Below, piece by piece: positions 13,555 through 24,779 of a DNA stretch of 63,783 nt (its first letter is position 1; each line of letters starts with the position of its first letter). The DNA is taken from the NCBI RefSeq assembly GCF_030144855.1, contig NW_026781500.1, positions 124,001 to 187,783 of the forward strand, in the 5' to 3' direction. The notes under the pieces were generated by a model, which did not search any database, was not told the origin of the DNA, and saw only the letters and a list, made by a program, of their open reading frames with translations. This DNA is from Hypanus sabinus. Lineage: Eukaryota. The translations under genes were made by a program, and so were the position numbers.

Positions 13555-15434
13555 CACCTGGATAAACAATCAGCAATTACATTGTCATTTCCCTTTACAT
13601 TTTGTATTTTAATATCAAATTCTTGTAACAACAGACTCCAATTTAATAACCATCTATTTTTATTCTTCATGTTTGTCAAAAATACCAAGGGGTTGTGATC
13701 AGTATAAACTATCACTGGTATCTATGCTGGTCAAATGTAGACCTCAAAATGCTGTAATGCCAGGGTAAGTGACAGTAATTCTTTTTCTACAGTGGAGTTA
13801 GTTCTTAGCTTAGGTGTATATCACAAAGAGTGAACCACGACATGTGTGATTATAATGTAGTACATTACAGAAGATTGTTCAAATAGTAATCTCTATTTTA
13901 CTTCTAAACCTAACTTTCAGTCAACCTACTATGATATCATCTTTAACTTTCACAAGCTTCGTCCAGAAAAACAAAGCTTATCACCGATGTTTTCTAAACT
14001 AAGCCCATTTTCTGAACTTCCACACCACTCATTAATTTTAAGCAGGTCATTAATTTTATCTTCAGGATCTTTAATTTGATTAGTTTCCTTGATGACACTA
14101 GCAGATGGTCTCTCTGGGCCAAAACAACACTTTAAGTTCTGCCTCTCCAAATCACATACTTGAGCAACATCACCAAGTTGTTTATCCTTAAATTTCAAAA
14201 CAAACATCTTGTTAACAAACCATTGTTTAGTTAACGGTCCCTTCCCTTTGCACAACAGTCCTGGAACCAAACCCGACTTTACATTTACTTTATTCAAAAG
14301 TCGAATAACACTTTTTCGCTCAGTATCTCCAATAACATCCATCTCACCAGCTTTTATCTCATCACTGACTTTTAATACACATGACTGAGAATCCTCACTC
14401 TCTACTGGTGCCAAGTTTAACCCTTTCTTCACTGAACCAAGTGCATCTGACCCAAAAGGATTGCATTCCTTTTTAATCAAATCAGACATTTCAGACCTTT
14501 CCTGAGTCTCCACACAAGGTTCAGTAACCTGAACACAGGCCAATGGGACAACTGCCTCTTCTAGGCTTTCAATACCAGTCCCAGTTTCAAATTCCAAGTT
14601 CCCCTGATCCTCCCAGTTATTCTCTGGGCAACACCCATCTGGAGTAAACTCAACCTTGCAGGTTAAAACAACCTCGTCTGCTAACCCAGCGGACTCCCTC
14701 AAGGTAGCGGCATCCTTATTATCTCAGAAAGCCTTTGCATTATTGAGAACACATTTAAATTCTTCAACTACAACCAGCTCTATCAATCCAGATACATCAT
14801 CCGTGTCCAACCCTGGACCTTCTAACTGCCACATCTGTTCCTCATCTTGGCTCTGTGCCTCCATAAATTCCTTGCTCACTCCAAAATGTCCACCCAGGGG
14901 TATCTTACGGGCCAATTTCAAGATTCTGTTCCTTGACAACACTGACTCTGCTTTGTCTCCCTTACTTTCCTTAGCCCCACTATTCTCCGTTTTACCACCC
15001 TCCAACCTCTCCTGGTACAAGGCTGGTAAAAATGTCTCTGCTAAATCAAGGTTGGACTCGGCTAAATCAGGGGTTGTCTTAACAGCTTTCCTCGACATTC
15101 TTCTGGTGACTGCACCTGCGGGATTAAATTCAGGAACTATGGGCGGGGGCTCAGTCCTGGCAGGCTTACTCGTGAGCTGAACTGCAGAGGAGACATCCCC
15201 CCCGGCCAGGTCATTCCCGAGTAAGACATCTACATGGGGTATCGGGAGTGCAGCCCGTACCCCTGTCATGACTGGTCCAGATACCAGGTCACTCTTCAGA
15301 AATACTTTATGTAACGGTATGGCCTCAGTTCCTTTTCCAACCCCTTCTATCACGTTCACGTCACCAGTATCTGCCTCACTATTGAATTCCAATGCTCTGC
15401 TTAGGATTAAGGACTAAAAAGCCCCAGTGTCTCT
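13555..15434 (-). pseudogene. Gypsy pol remnant: protease, start of integrase, unassigned acidic region, RNase H C-terminus
   Basis: RDTGAF*SLI at ~15405-15434 and VLLGNDLAG; ILKLARKIPLGGHFGV; STVEKELLSL...YTDHNPL...WSLLLQEFD...DNVIADCLSR* at ~13555-13800. Confidence 0.8.
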
Positions 15435-16498
15435 CTAGATTCTTACTGGCACTGGGGGTGACCCCTCCCTCACAGGTACCAACCCGGTTGAAAGGGATTT
15501 CTCACATCCCTCCTGAACTCGGTTTAGCTCCTCTTTTAACGGCATTTCAACCGGCTTAACACAGCCCGTCGGCGCGGTCGCCTTTCCTTTCCCCGTCTCC
15601 TTCTTTGGAGCAAAGCACTTAGATGCTATGTGGCCAGATTTCCCACTGTTATAACACACACCGCTAGGAGACCTGCCAGACGGCTTTTCCTCCTTGTCTT
15701 TTCCGGTAGACCCCGGCTTAGTCTCAGACTTAGCCGTTAGGCTTTCTCTACCACCCCTACTACTCCTGTGGTAGCACTTATTTGGGGAAAATTTCATTTG
15801 ATGGGTTAAGGCGTATTCATCTGCTAGCTTGGCAGATTCTGATATGGACTTATTCTTCTTCTCGTTCAGGTATCTCCGGACATTATCCGGAACACAATCT
15901 TTTAATTCTTCAATCAGGATCATCTTTCGTAGGCAGTAGAAATCCTCCTCAACCCCTTCTGCAGCGCACCAACGGTCAAAGTACACACACTTGTCGTATG
16001 TAACCTCTGTGAACATCTGATTCCACTGCTTCCTTAAGTCCCTGAACTCTTGTCTATAGGCTTCAGGTACCAGCTCATAGGCCTGAAGGATAGCCAGTTT
16101 TGCTTCCTCATAATCCTCTGCAGCCTCCATAGACAACACTGCATATGCACGTTGAGCCTTCCTTTTAAGTACACTTTGTAACAACACCACCCACTTATCT
16201 CTAGGCCACTTCTGGTTCACGGCCACTTTTTCCCTACAGGAAAGTGTTCTAACAACTCTGCCTTGAATATCTGCATCGTGACATAATGTTCAGCTATCTT
16301 ACGTTGCATCTCTGCCATCATCATCCCTTTCTTAACCTCCTTGAATTCGAAGGACTCCACCATTTCCCAAAACTCAGACTTTTTAGCCTTCTTTAATGCC
16401 ACAAAGTCTGGACTTAACAGAAACTCGTCAACATCCATTTCTGCTGCCTGTCTTTCTGGTTTCTCACACAACCAGATCAGATAAGGGAAATCTATCAT
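15435..16498 (-). pseudogene. Gypsy gag with SCAN-like capsid and zinc knuckle (frameshifted/deleted)
   Basis: W...LQSVL...AQRAY...YEEAKLAILQAYELVPEAYRQEFR...ILIEE...; CYNSGKSGHIASKC knuckle with the second Cys mutated. Confidence 0.85.
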
Positions 16499-17128
16499 TT
16501 TAGCTAAAGGCGTTTATTAGTAAAATAAGCAAAACAGTATCAATAATACAAATACACATATAAAGCAGGTTAACAAAAATAAACATAGAAGTGTAGGAAT
16601 AATAATCAATAATAAGAAACAAGCTCAATCAATGTCTAGGGGTAAGTGGAAACCAGCGCAGGACCAGCCTATTGGCTCAGGATGTCTGAAACTCTGAGGG
16701 AGGAGTTGAAAAGTTTGATGGCCACAGGCAGGAATGACTTCCTATGACGCTCAGGTTTACATCTCAGTGGAATGAGTCTCTGGCTGAGTGTACTCCTATG
16801 CCTAACCAGTACCTTATGGAGTGGATGGGAGACATTGTCCAAGATGGCATGCAACTTGGACAACATCCTCTTTTCAGACACCACCGTCAGAGAGTCCAGT
16901 TCCACCTCCACAACATCAATGGCCTTACGAATGAGTTTGTTGTTTCAGTTGGTGTCTGCTACCCTCAGCCTGCTGCCCCAGCACACAACAGAAAACACGA
17001 TAGCACTGGGCACCACCGACTCATAGAACATCCTCAGCATCGTCCGGCAGATGTTAAAGGACCTCAGGAAATAGAGACGGCTCTGACCCGTCTTGTAGAC
17101 AGCCCCAGTGTTCTTTAATCTAACCACA

Positions 17129-17504
17129 TGTAACTCTCGCTTTGGCCCTCAGCTTAATATGGGGGGTGATAGACCCGCAGCCCGGCCAAACTAAAGAAAT
17201 CTCGTTTTGGTGGATGCTGTGTGCCGTGTCCCCTGTAGTAAATCAGTACCCTGAAATACAAAACAGTACACAATATGTGATTAAATGATTGAGCTTTATA
17301 ATTCTTACTTTGACCCCAGGGTTAGTAAAGAAAACAAAAAAAAAAGAAAAAGGGCCCAGTCTCTCCATTCACGTCTTCTCATCTCTCCCCAGCAAAAGAG
17401 CACAAAATCTCTCTTCCAAACTCACAAGAAAGAACATTTCTCTCATTGGATAGCCTCGCACTGTCACCTCTAGTCATAACCTAAACATTGTTATACTTGT
17501 GACA
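17129..17504 (-). mobile_element. Solo LTR in the ZNF-A 3' UTR, same site as 40805-42178 in ZNF-C
   Basis: TG...CA ends; homologous sequence at the same dead-finger position in C. Confidence 0.75.
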
Positions 17505-17736
17505 GACTACCAGTTTCACACTGGGGAGAAAGTTTCAATAGGCTGCATGCTGGATATTTGTCCATCACTGTTGCTGAATGCAAGTTCGAGACTGACTGTC
17601 GGTGCTGAACTCTGCAATTATTGCTGCTGCTCACCACACCCAGTCCTGCACCCTGGTCACTGGGCATGGGAGGAGTTTTTTCTGCTGCACATTCACCTTT
17701 AATGGGACGGGAGTTTAATATTCTGGGTCTAAGACA

Positions 17737-17742
17737 AATAAA
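17737..17742 (+). terminator. Ancestral poly(A) signal of the ZNF 3' UTR (A copy)
   Basis: AATAAA conserved at the same position in C (40567-40572, -) and D (52292-52297, -). Confidence 0.55.
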
Positions 17743-18369
17743 TCAGTTCTATGTTAAACTCTGTCTTGGTGAATTTACAACACACCTAGTGTACAGTAGA
17801 GAGTCAACTCGGGCCAGCTGGACCCAGTGATTCTGTCCACAACAGTCCTTGTAAATCCTCCGGTTTTCCCCCTCTCACTCTCCCTGTGGTGATGGGTTCC
17901 TAACAGTCACCACTCTGTGGGTGAAAAGGTTTCCCTTGAATTTTCTGCTGACTGAAGAAGTCGAGCTGACTGCAGTTCTGTCTGAGATGTTCTTCAGTTA
18001 AACTCCTTAATCACATCTCATTTCCACATTATGGGTCACTTTCCCTGCTTCTAAAGTGTTGTTAGAGAACACCACTGTTCTCTAAAAACTGAAAGCAGAA
18101 TGGGAAACGATTAGTTGAATGCTCAATGAAGCAGGGTCGGAAACCAGAGGCGAGTCTGCACAGGGCAGAGTTTGGGGGTCTGGATGATATTTGACGTAAG
18201 AACATATGATGAGAAGGGGATCAGCAGCAGAATGAGGCAATGAATGACAGAGTAGCAACATTTGGAAGCTGATTGACAGAGAAAATAATTTGGTTGTCTG
18301 ACTGATGACACAAACAATACCTGGGGTGCGGTGCTCCACTGGTTGAGGAACATGTGTGTGTTGGGAATG

Positions 18370-18830
18370 GTTTTATCTGTTGGGGGAGTTGTTCCTGTTT
18401 GTTTATCCTGTAATATTATATCTGGATGGTTCTTATGGATTGTCCTATCTGAAATAATGTATTGATTATCATCTAATTTGCAAGATTTTGACACTAAAAC
18501 TGTATTGGGCTTGAATTTATTGTACCTTTATGAAGTGATGAAGGGCATTCATGAGTTTGTATTTTAAAGCAAGATTTTAGTGAATGATATTTGCCATTTC
18601 TTTGTAACTTTGTAAGTAATCAGATTGAGTAAATCTGCTGCAGGATCCTGGAATGTGTTGGATTGTGTCTGATTTCTCTGGCATTTTCTGCACTAACTTC
18701 CTCATTTGTTAATATTTCATGTATTTTTGATGTTTCCCCCCTTTTGTCAAACAACTTGTCCTGTATTTCTGCAAGGAACTCCTTTGTTTTTTAGGGGGAG
18801 AGGTCTCCAACTCTCAGTCAGGTGCTCAAG
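18370..18830 (-). mobile_element. R4/Dong-like (restriction-like endonuclease) LINE fragment
   Basis: CRKC...TIQHI...DYL motif and DRTIHKNHPDIILQDKQ; copies at 39540-40005 and 51550-51620. Confidence 0.7.
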
Positions 18831-19062
18831 GCTTCCTTGTCACCACCTAGTCTACTCAGATCATTGGGATGTCTCCCATGGAGGGTCATACTCATTCCAC
18901 TGGTTAAAGTTTTCTTCCGGAGTGATGATTGATTGTTCTGAGTTGGCCTCTCATGTACGTGTTCTGGTCTGTATTTCTTATCACGATTGCAAATACACAC
19001 ATGGAGTGCTGAATCCTGTTCATTTTTGATGAAAATATATACTTAAAAGTATTATCTGACTG

Positions 19063-21250
19063 TTTTTTCGTTTTTTTTATTGAAGTTCATCATAAAACAA
19101 AAATTTCCAGAAGATGTATTTCAGACATTGTAAATATATATCATATAATCATATATGCCACAAATCCCCACATAGAATTTATCTGAGGTATATACACTTC
19201 TATAAGTGTGAAAGAAAAAACAAGCAAAAGGAAAAAAAAACTATGTACAAGTAGGGAGTGATCTTTTTTTATAACATATTCATTGATTTGTGAGAATAAA
19301 AGCAGGCCTAGAGGGATTATGTAGTTAAACCATTTTTCCCAGTATGAATCAATTTGTTCCAGATTATGATTATCTTCTCCATCTTGTCCATTGTAATTTC
19401 CATCCATGCATTTAAAGTTGGGCTCTCCTGTGATAACCATTTCCTAGTAACAGTCTTTTTACCAGCTGCCAACAATATATTCATTAAATATTTATCTTTT
19501 TTCAACCATTGAGGTATACATCCAAAATATATGGTCTTACTCCCCAAGGGTATTTCATATCTAACGATGCCATGTAGGGCATTGTGTATCCCCCTCCAAT
19601 AGCTTTTGATAACAGGGCAGTCACAAAAAATATAATAATGATTTGCATTTCAATGTCCACAGTTTCTCCAGCAAACAGTGATGTTACTATCATAATGGGA
19701 TTTCTGGGAGGGTGTAATGAAATATCTTATCAAGTTTTTCCATCCGAACTCCCTCCATTTCTGAGAACTGGTACACTTCCATTGATACCTCCATATTATT
19801 GTCCATTCTTCCTCAGATATAATTATCCCTCCTTCCTTCTCCCATTTTGTTTTAATGTTTGAAGTCAAATATGTTTTAAGATTTGACAAACTCTTATACA
19901 TGCTTGTAATAATTCTACTACCGTTATCTGAATTATATGCTTTTCTAAATAGCTCTATCATGCATGTGCTTGCCTTGGATACAATTTTAAGCATCCTATT
20001 TACATACTGTCACAGTATTCCTTCTTTCATTATGTTGCAAAGAACTGTTATTCCTTTAGCTGTCCAGTCCTTAAATCTAGCATCCAATTTATTTGGTGTA
20101 AAATCTGAGTTATATGCACACCATTGAAGAATTGCAGTATCTCCCTCGAGATTATATTCTTTTATAATAGTTTTCCATATTAAGAGTCAATTTCACCCAT
20201 GGATTATCAATAGTATTTATGTACCTTTGCAAGTTATTATCAGCCAAAACTGCTTGTATGGGGATGGGAAGTACCCGCTCCTCAATGTTTTTCCTTTGTG
20301 CGTCATACGATGGGTTGCTCCAGCACATCACAGCTCTCAACTGTGCTGCAAAATAATAACCTCGAAGAGGCCACATTCACCCTTTTCCTTTGCTAATTGC
20401 AAAGTTTTGAGATGAACTCTAGGCCTTTTACCTTGCCAAATATACCTTGATAACATCTTGTTCCATTCATTGAATTGATTTTGATTAATCTCTATTGGTA
20501 GGGGCTGAAAGAGCTATAACAGTCTGGGCAGTGTATTCATTATAATAGACTCACTCCTTGAACTGAAACTAAAAGAAAGGAATCGGGTTCCATCTTGCTA
20601 TATATTCCTTAATGTTCTTTTTATATAAAGGCTGATAATTACATTCTGATAATGTTGCCTAATCTTTTGGCATAATGATGCCCAAATATTTGAAAGACTC
20701 TGTGTGCCATGCCCGGGGTTATCTACTTTCAATTTCTCTTGCTGGGCTGTAGTAATATGAAAGTAATTGGGTTTTATCTATGTTGATCCTGTATCCTGAT
20801 AATTGACCATATTGTTCAAAGGATTGCATCAATTCAGGTAAAGAGTATGTTGGTTGCCCTAGATAGATCAAAATGTCATCCACGTAACAAGCCAATTTAT
20901 GCTCTGCCCCTTTACTAGTAATTCCCCACTTTGTCTGATGTATTGAGCTAATGGTTCCAGATATAATGCGAAGAGTAGTGCTGACCATGCAAAACCCTGT
21001 CTTGTGCCCCTTTCTAGGGTAAGACTATTTGATTAAATATCCATTGATTTTAATCCTAGCGGTAGGGTTGTCATATCGTGCCTGTATAGTTTTAATAATT
21101 GTTATGGAAACCAACTCTATGTAAAACTCTGTAAAGAAAATTCCAATTAACCGAATCAAATGCCTTTTCAGCATCCACGCTTATCACTATTGCTTTGATT
21201 TTACTTTTTTGTATATATGATCCATAATGTGAAGTATCCTTCGTATATTG
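19063..21250 (-). mobile_element. 5'-truncated L1-clade LINE (ORF2 RT and C-terminus, poly-A tail)
   Basis: [38 protein letters not shown]; T-rich tail at ~19063-19080. Confidence 0.9.
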
Positions 21251-21690
21251 TGCAAACACGAGGAAATCTGCAGATGCTGGAAATTCAAACACACACACAA
21301 TGCTGGTGGAACACAGCAGGCCAGGCAGCATCTATAGGGAGAAGCACTGTCAACGGCTCTGGCCGAGACCCTTCGTCAGAACTAACAGAAAGGAAAGATA
21401 CTAAGAGATTTGAAAGCAGTTGGGGGAGGGGGAAATGCAAAATGATAGGAGAGGACCGGAGGGGGTGGAGTGAAGCTGAAAGCTGGACAGGTGATTGGCA
21501 AAAGTGATACAGCGCTGGAGAAGGGAAAGGATCATGGGACAGGAGGCCTAGGGAGAAAGAAAGGTGGAGGGGAGCACCAGAGGGAGATGGAGAACAAGTG
21601 GAGTGATGGGCAACTAAGCTTGTCAGGGATGAGGTAAGAAGGGGAGGAGGGGCATTAACAGAAGTTACAGAAGTCAATATTCATGCCTTT
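21250..21690 (-). mobile_element. Penelope-like element 3' end (GIY-YIG C-terminus plus pLTR with hammerhead relic 21347-21384)
   Basis: Reverse complement encodes GMNIDFCNFC*, then a pyrimidine-rich tract and CTGACGA-AGGGTCTCGGCCA-GAGCC-GTT-GACAG. Confidence 0.8.
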
Positions 21691-21744
21691 CTTTCTCCCT
21701 TATCACTATTGCTTTGATTTTTTTTTGTATATGAATTTGTATAC

Positions 21745-22936
21745 AAGTTCCCTCTCTTCAGCAAGAGTCATTCCTTTGCCGCCTGGCTGGCAGTTTCCGC
21801 AGCCGCAACCCCCGCATTTTGGCTCGCATGCTGCGCCAATACTATCCCACTTCCGATTTCCACACTCCATTTCCATAGCGGTTTTCTAGAACACAGAAGA
21901 TGTCATCTGCAGTTTTATAAGTTTTGAGGCGAAGGTCTCTTCTGACTTTGTCGTCAAGACTGTCCAGCAGTTGAACCTTTTCCACCTCTCTTGAACCGGT
22001 TGGCTCTCTCTGCCTCTGGAGTGCTTCCCAGTCCTTTCTCCACCTGTGAAAATGCTGCCAGTAAACTTGTGAAGGGCCGTCGGTTTCAGTCTGATGGCTG
22101 GCGTGGGAAAATTGGAGGAAAAGCCCAATGCCGTCGGTGTTAGTCTTTCAGCGTCCTCCTTTCTCCTTGCCTGTATGAAGTGGGCCTTCTTGGAAACTAG
22201 CTTGGGGATTTGGTGTTTGAGCCCCTTTAGGCGACTCTGAAGGTGCTTCCGATCCCCTGGCCGGTTCCATCGTTCCCACCTCCTTCGCTGTCTTTACCAG
22301 TCCTTGCAGGTGGTTAAGCATGAAGCCGTCCGCCTCCTGGTGGCCATCAGGTTGTACAGCAGTGACGTCTTCACATTCATCCTCTGCTGCTTGTAGTGCT
22401 ATGAGCAACTCAACATTTCCAAAGTTGGTCCAAAGAGTCTCCAGGATCAGCCTTCTGATTTCCTTTAGTTTCAACTCACACTCATTTGCCGTCTTTGCCA
22501 GGTCAGCTTTTTGCTGTTCAGTTAACACAGCTACTTTCTCTGTGTTCAGCACCGCCTCCCGTTCTGCGGTGAGTCCGGCCTCCGCATCATCATTGGCTTT
22601 CATGACTTCCTCGGCTTCTATTGTGAGTTTATTGAAACTCACTCTGAGCTCCTCTTCAGACATGTCTTCATAGGTCCTGGTAATACTGTTGGCCAGACGA
22701 GAAAACAATCGTTTTGCTGTCATTCTCTCTAGCTTGAGTTGCTCAACTGATTTCCCAATAGCTTGATCAGCCATGTCTGATTCCCTCTGCAGGTGAAAGT
22801 ACAACTTTTTAGTGATGCTTTGATGTTTTTTTATCTCAACTTGATTTCCTTCCTTTTTCAGGACTCCAGGTTATTGCTCTTGCTGTTCCAGCTCAAAGCT
22901 CCCAGATTTCTGTTTCCTGGTCAAACAGTTTTGTCA
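21745..22936 (-). mobile_element. Internally deleted BEL/Pao LTR retrotransposon (gag 22148-22804 region plus a pol piece)
   Basis: Coiled-coil N-terminus, IRLKPTAL.KFTG...LENRYGN (DUF1759-like), joined to WDSIGAACEPKCGGCGCGNCQPGGKGMTLAEEREL. Confidence 0.75.
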
Positions 22937-22958
22937 AGTCTGAGCAGGTGAACGGCCT

Positions 22959-23660
22959 CTACCCAGTGTGAACCTGCTGGTGTTTTTCGAGACCAGATGA
23001 CCAAGTGAATCCCTTCCCACAGACTGAGCAGGAGAATGGCTTCTCCCCAGTGTGAACTCGCAGGTGTTCAAGTAGGTGGGATGACCGAGTGAATCTCTTC
23101 CCACATTCTGAGCAGGTGAACGGCTTCTCCCCAGTGTGAACTCGCTGATGACTCAGTAGTTTGGATGACTGAATGAATCCCTTCCCACAGACTGAGCAGG
23201 TGAACAGCCTGTCACCAGTGTGAACTCGCTGATGTACCTTGAGATTAGATGAGTAAGTGAATCCCTTCCCACAGTCTGAGCAGGTGAACAGCCGCTGCCT
23301 GCTATGAACTCGCTGATGTTTCTGTCTGCTGGATGAATCAGTGAATCCTTCCCCACATTCTGAGCAGGTGAACGGCTTCTCCCCAGTGTGAACTCGCTGA
23401 TGTCTCTGTAGGTTGGATAACTGAGTGAATCCCTTCCCACATTCTGAGCAGGAGAATGGCTTCTCCCCAGTGTGAACTCGCAGGTGTTCAAGTAGGTGGG
23501 ATGACCGAGTGAATCTCTTCCCACATTCTGAGCAGGTGAACGGCTTCTCCCCAGTGTGAACTCGCTGATGTCTCTGTAGGCTGGATAACTGAGTGAATCT
23601 CTTCCCACATTCTGAGCAAGTGAACGGCCGCTCCTCGGTGTGAACTCGCTGGTGAGCCAT
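22959..23660 (-). CDS. ZNF-B: C2H2 zinc-finger-only protein, 8 fingers, 233 aa
   Basis: Eight intact fingers; starts MAHQRVH, ends TG*; terminal-exon acceptor at 24049. Confidence 0.9.
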   Translation of the reverse strand: MAHQRVHTEERPFTCSECGKRFTQLSSLQRHQRVHTGEKPFTCSECGKRFTRSSHLLEHLRVHTGEKPFSCSECGKGFTQLSNLQRHQRVHTGEKPFTCSECGEGFTDSSSRQKHQRVHSRQRLFTCSDCGKGFTYSSNLKVHQRVHTGDRLFTCSVCGKGFIQSSKLLSHQRVHTGEKPFTCSECGKRFTRSSHLLEHLRVHTGEKPFSCSVCGKGFTWSSGLEKHQQVHTG

Positions 23661-24361
23661 TAGGTCAGATGACCGAGTGAATCCTTCCCCACAAATTCAG
23701 CAGATGACCAGCCTCTGCCCAGGGTGAACTGACTGGTGTGTCCACAGGCGGGAAGACCGACTGAACCCCTTCCCACTCACAGAATAGTTGAATGGCCTTG
23801 CCCAGTGTGTAGCTTCAGTTGAGATTACCAAGTGAATCCATTCCCAGTGTCTGAGCAGGTGAACGGTCTCTCCCCTGTGTAAAATGACGGACGTGTCAGT
23901 TGGTCAGATGACCGAGTGAATCTCTCCCCACAGTCTGAGCAGGAAGGATGGTTGTTTGAATCTGTTGCTCCTTAAATATCTAGACAGAGACAGCACAACT
24001 GGTGTGTTGTGTTTGAATTCCCATAGACAAATTCCTTGTCGTTTTTAACCTGTAAAAAATTTTAAAATCCATCAGTGGGTGAAGGACAACATTTGATATG
24101 AGATCACTTGAGTTGCCAAGGTTTGATTTGTTATCACACTGTTACAGTGAGGTTAAACCCAAGTTGGAGAGAGAAATCATCTTCGAACCGGGCACAGTGC
24201 TGGTACCTGGAAATACCCACAAACTCTCTGATGCTGTATAAGGGTGGGGTATTTCTGCCATCTCCAATATGTGACGGCTCAGTTTGACTCTCTTCAATGG
24301 TATTATTCCCTGTTCCCACTGAGCTGAAAGGGTATCAGGCCCCACAGTAACAGAAACCCTC

Positions 24362-24575
24362 TCATGGCGCATCAGCGCCAGACTTCGAGATGAAAGGTCC
24401 TGAGTGTGAATCCGGCCGGCTCCCCTGCACGCATTCCATCCGTGCTGGGTTACGAGCTGGTGATCTCTTTGGCCCCTCACCCAGCAGAAGGTAATGGCAA
24501 ACCACTGCAGTAACTTGCCTCAATGTTAGAGAGACATGGAGAAACTCTGGAATTGAGGATTTCTCCTACTCAGAT
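24362..24575 (+). mobile_element. SINE-like insertion specific to the B intron
   Basis: Interrupts sequence continuous in C/D; B-box-like GTGTGAATCC and GGCAAACCACT motif reminiscent of RTE-related SINEs. Confidence 0.45.
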
Positions 24576-24779
24576 ATACGGTTGGTCTGCACAGCTCTTA
24601 AAAGGAATTCGAGTGAATGGTAGTATTATTTAAGGTTCTTGTCATGGAAAAGTACAACACAGAAACAGGCCCAGTTTGTGTTGAACTATTTAAACTTTCT
24701 ACTCCCATACCCCTTTCATCCAAGTACCTATGCAAACCTCTTAAATTTTGAAATTGAGCTCGCATGCACCACTTCTGCT

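Larger units (their letters stand above)
12533..16644 (-). mobile_element. Gmr1-like (SCAN-capsid) Ty3/Gypsy LTR retrotransposon, internally degenerate
   Basis: Full 3' LTR 12533-13431 (TGTTA...TAACA) with PPT 13432-13441; 5' LTR remnant 16498-16644 matching 12601-12712; gag, DTG protease, integrase N-terminus and terminal RNase H relics. Confidence 0.9.
12412..17115 (-). mobile_element. 5'-truncated Rex1/Babar LINE (pieces 12412-12532 and ~16645-17115) split by a Gypsy insertion
   Basis: QSRLYFLRSFNICRTMLRMFYESVV...CWG and HPLH...RKSFLPVAIKLFN; TSD TAATC at 12407-12411 and 17116-17120. Confidence 0.85.

Noticed and set aside
23153-23608. Alternative-frame ORFs over finger arrays (MGRDSL... 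type; also 42343-42543, 52425-53420)
   Set aside because: Standard shadow frames of 84-bp C2H2 repeats
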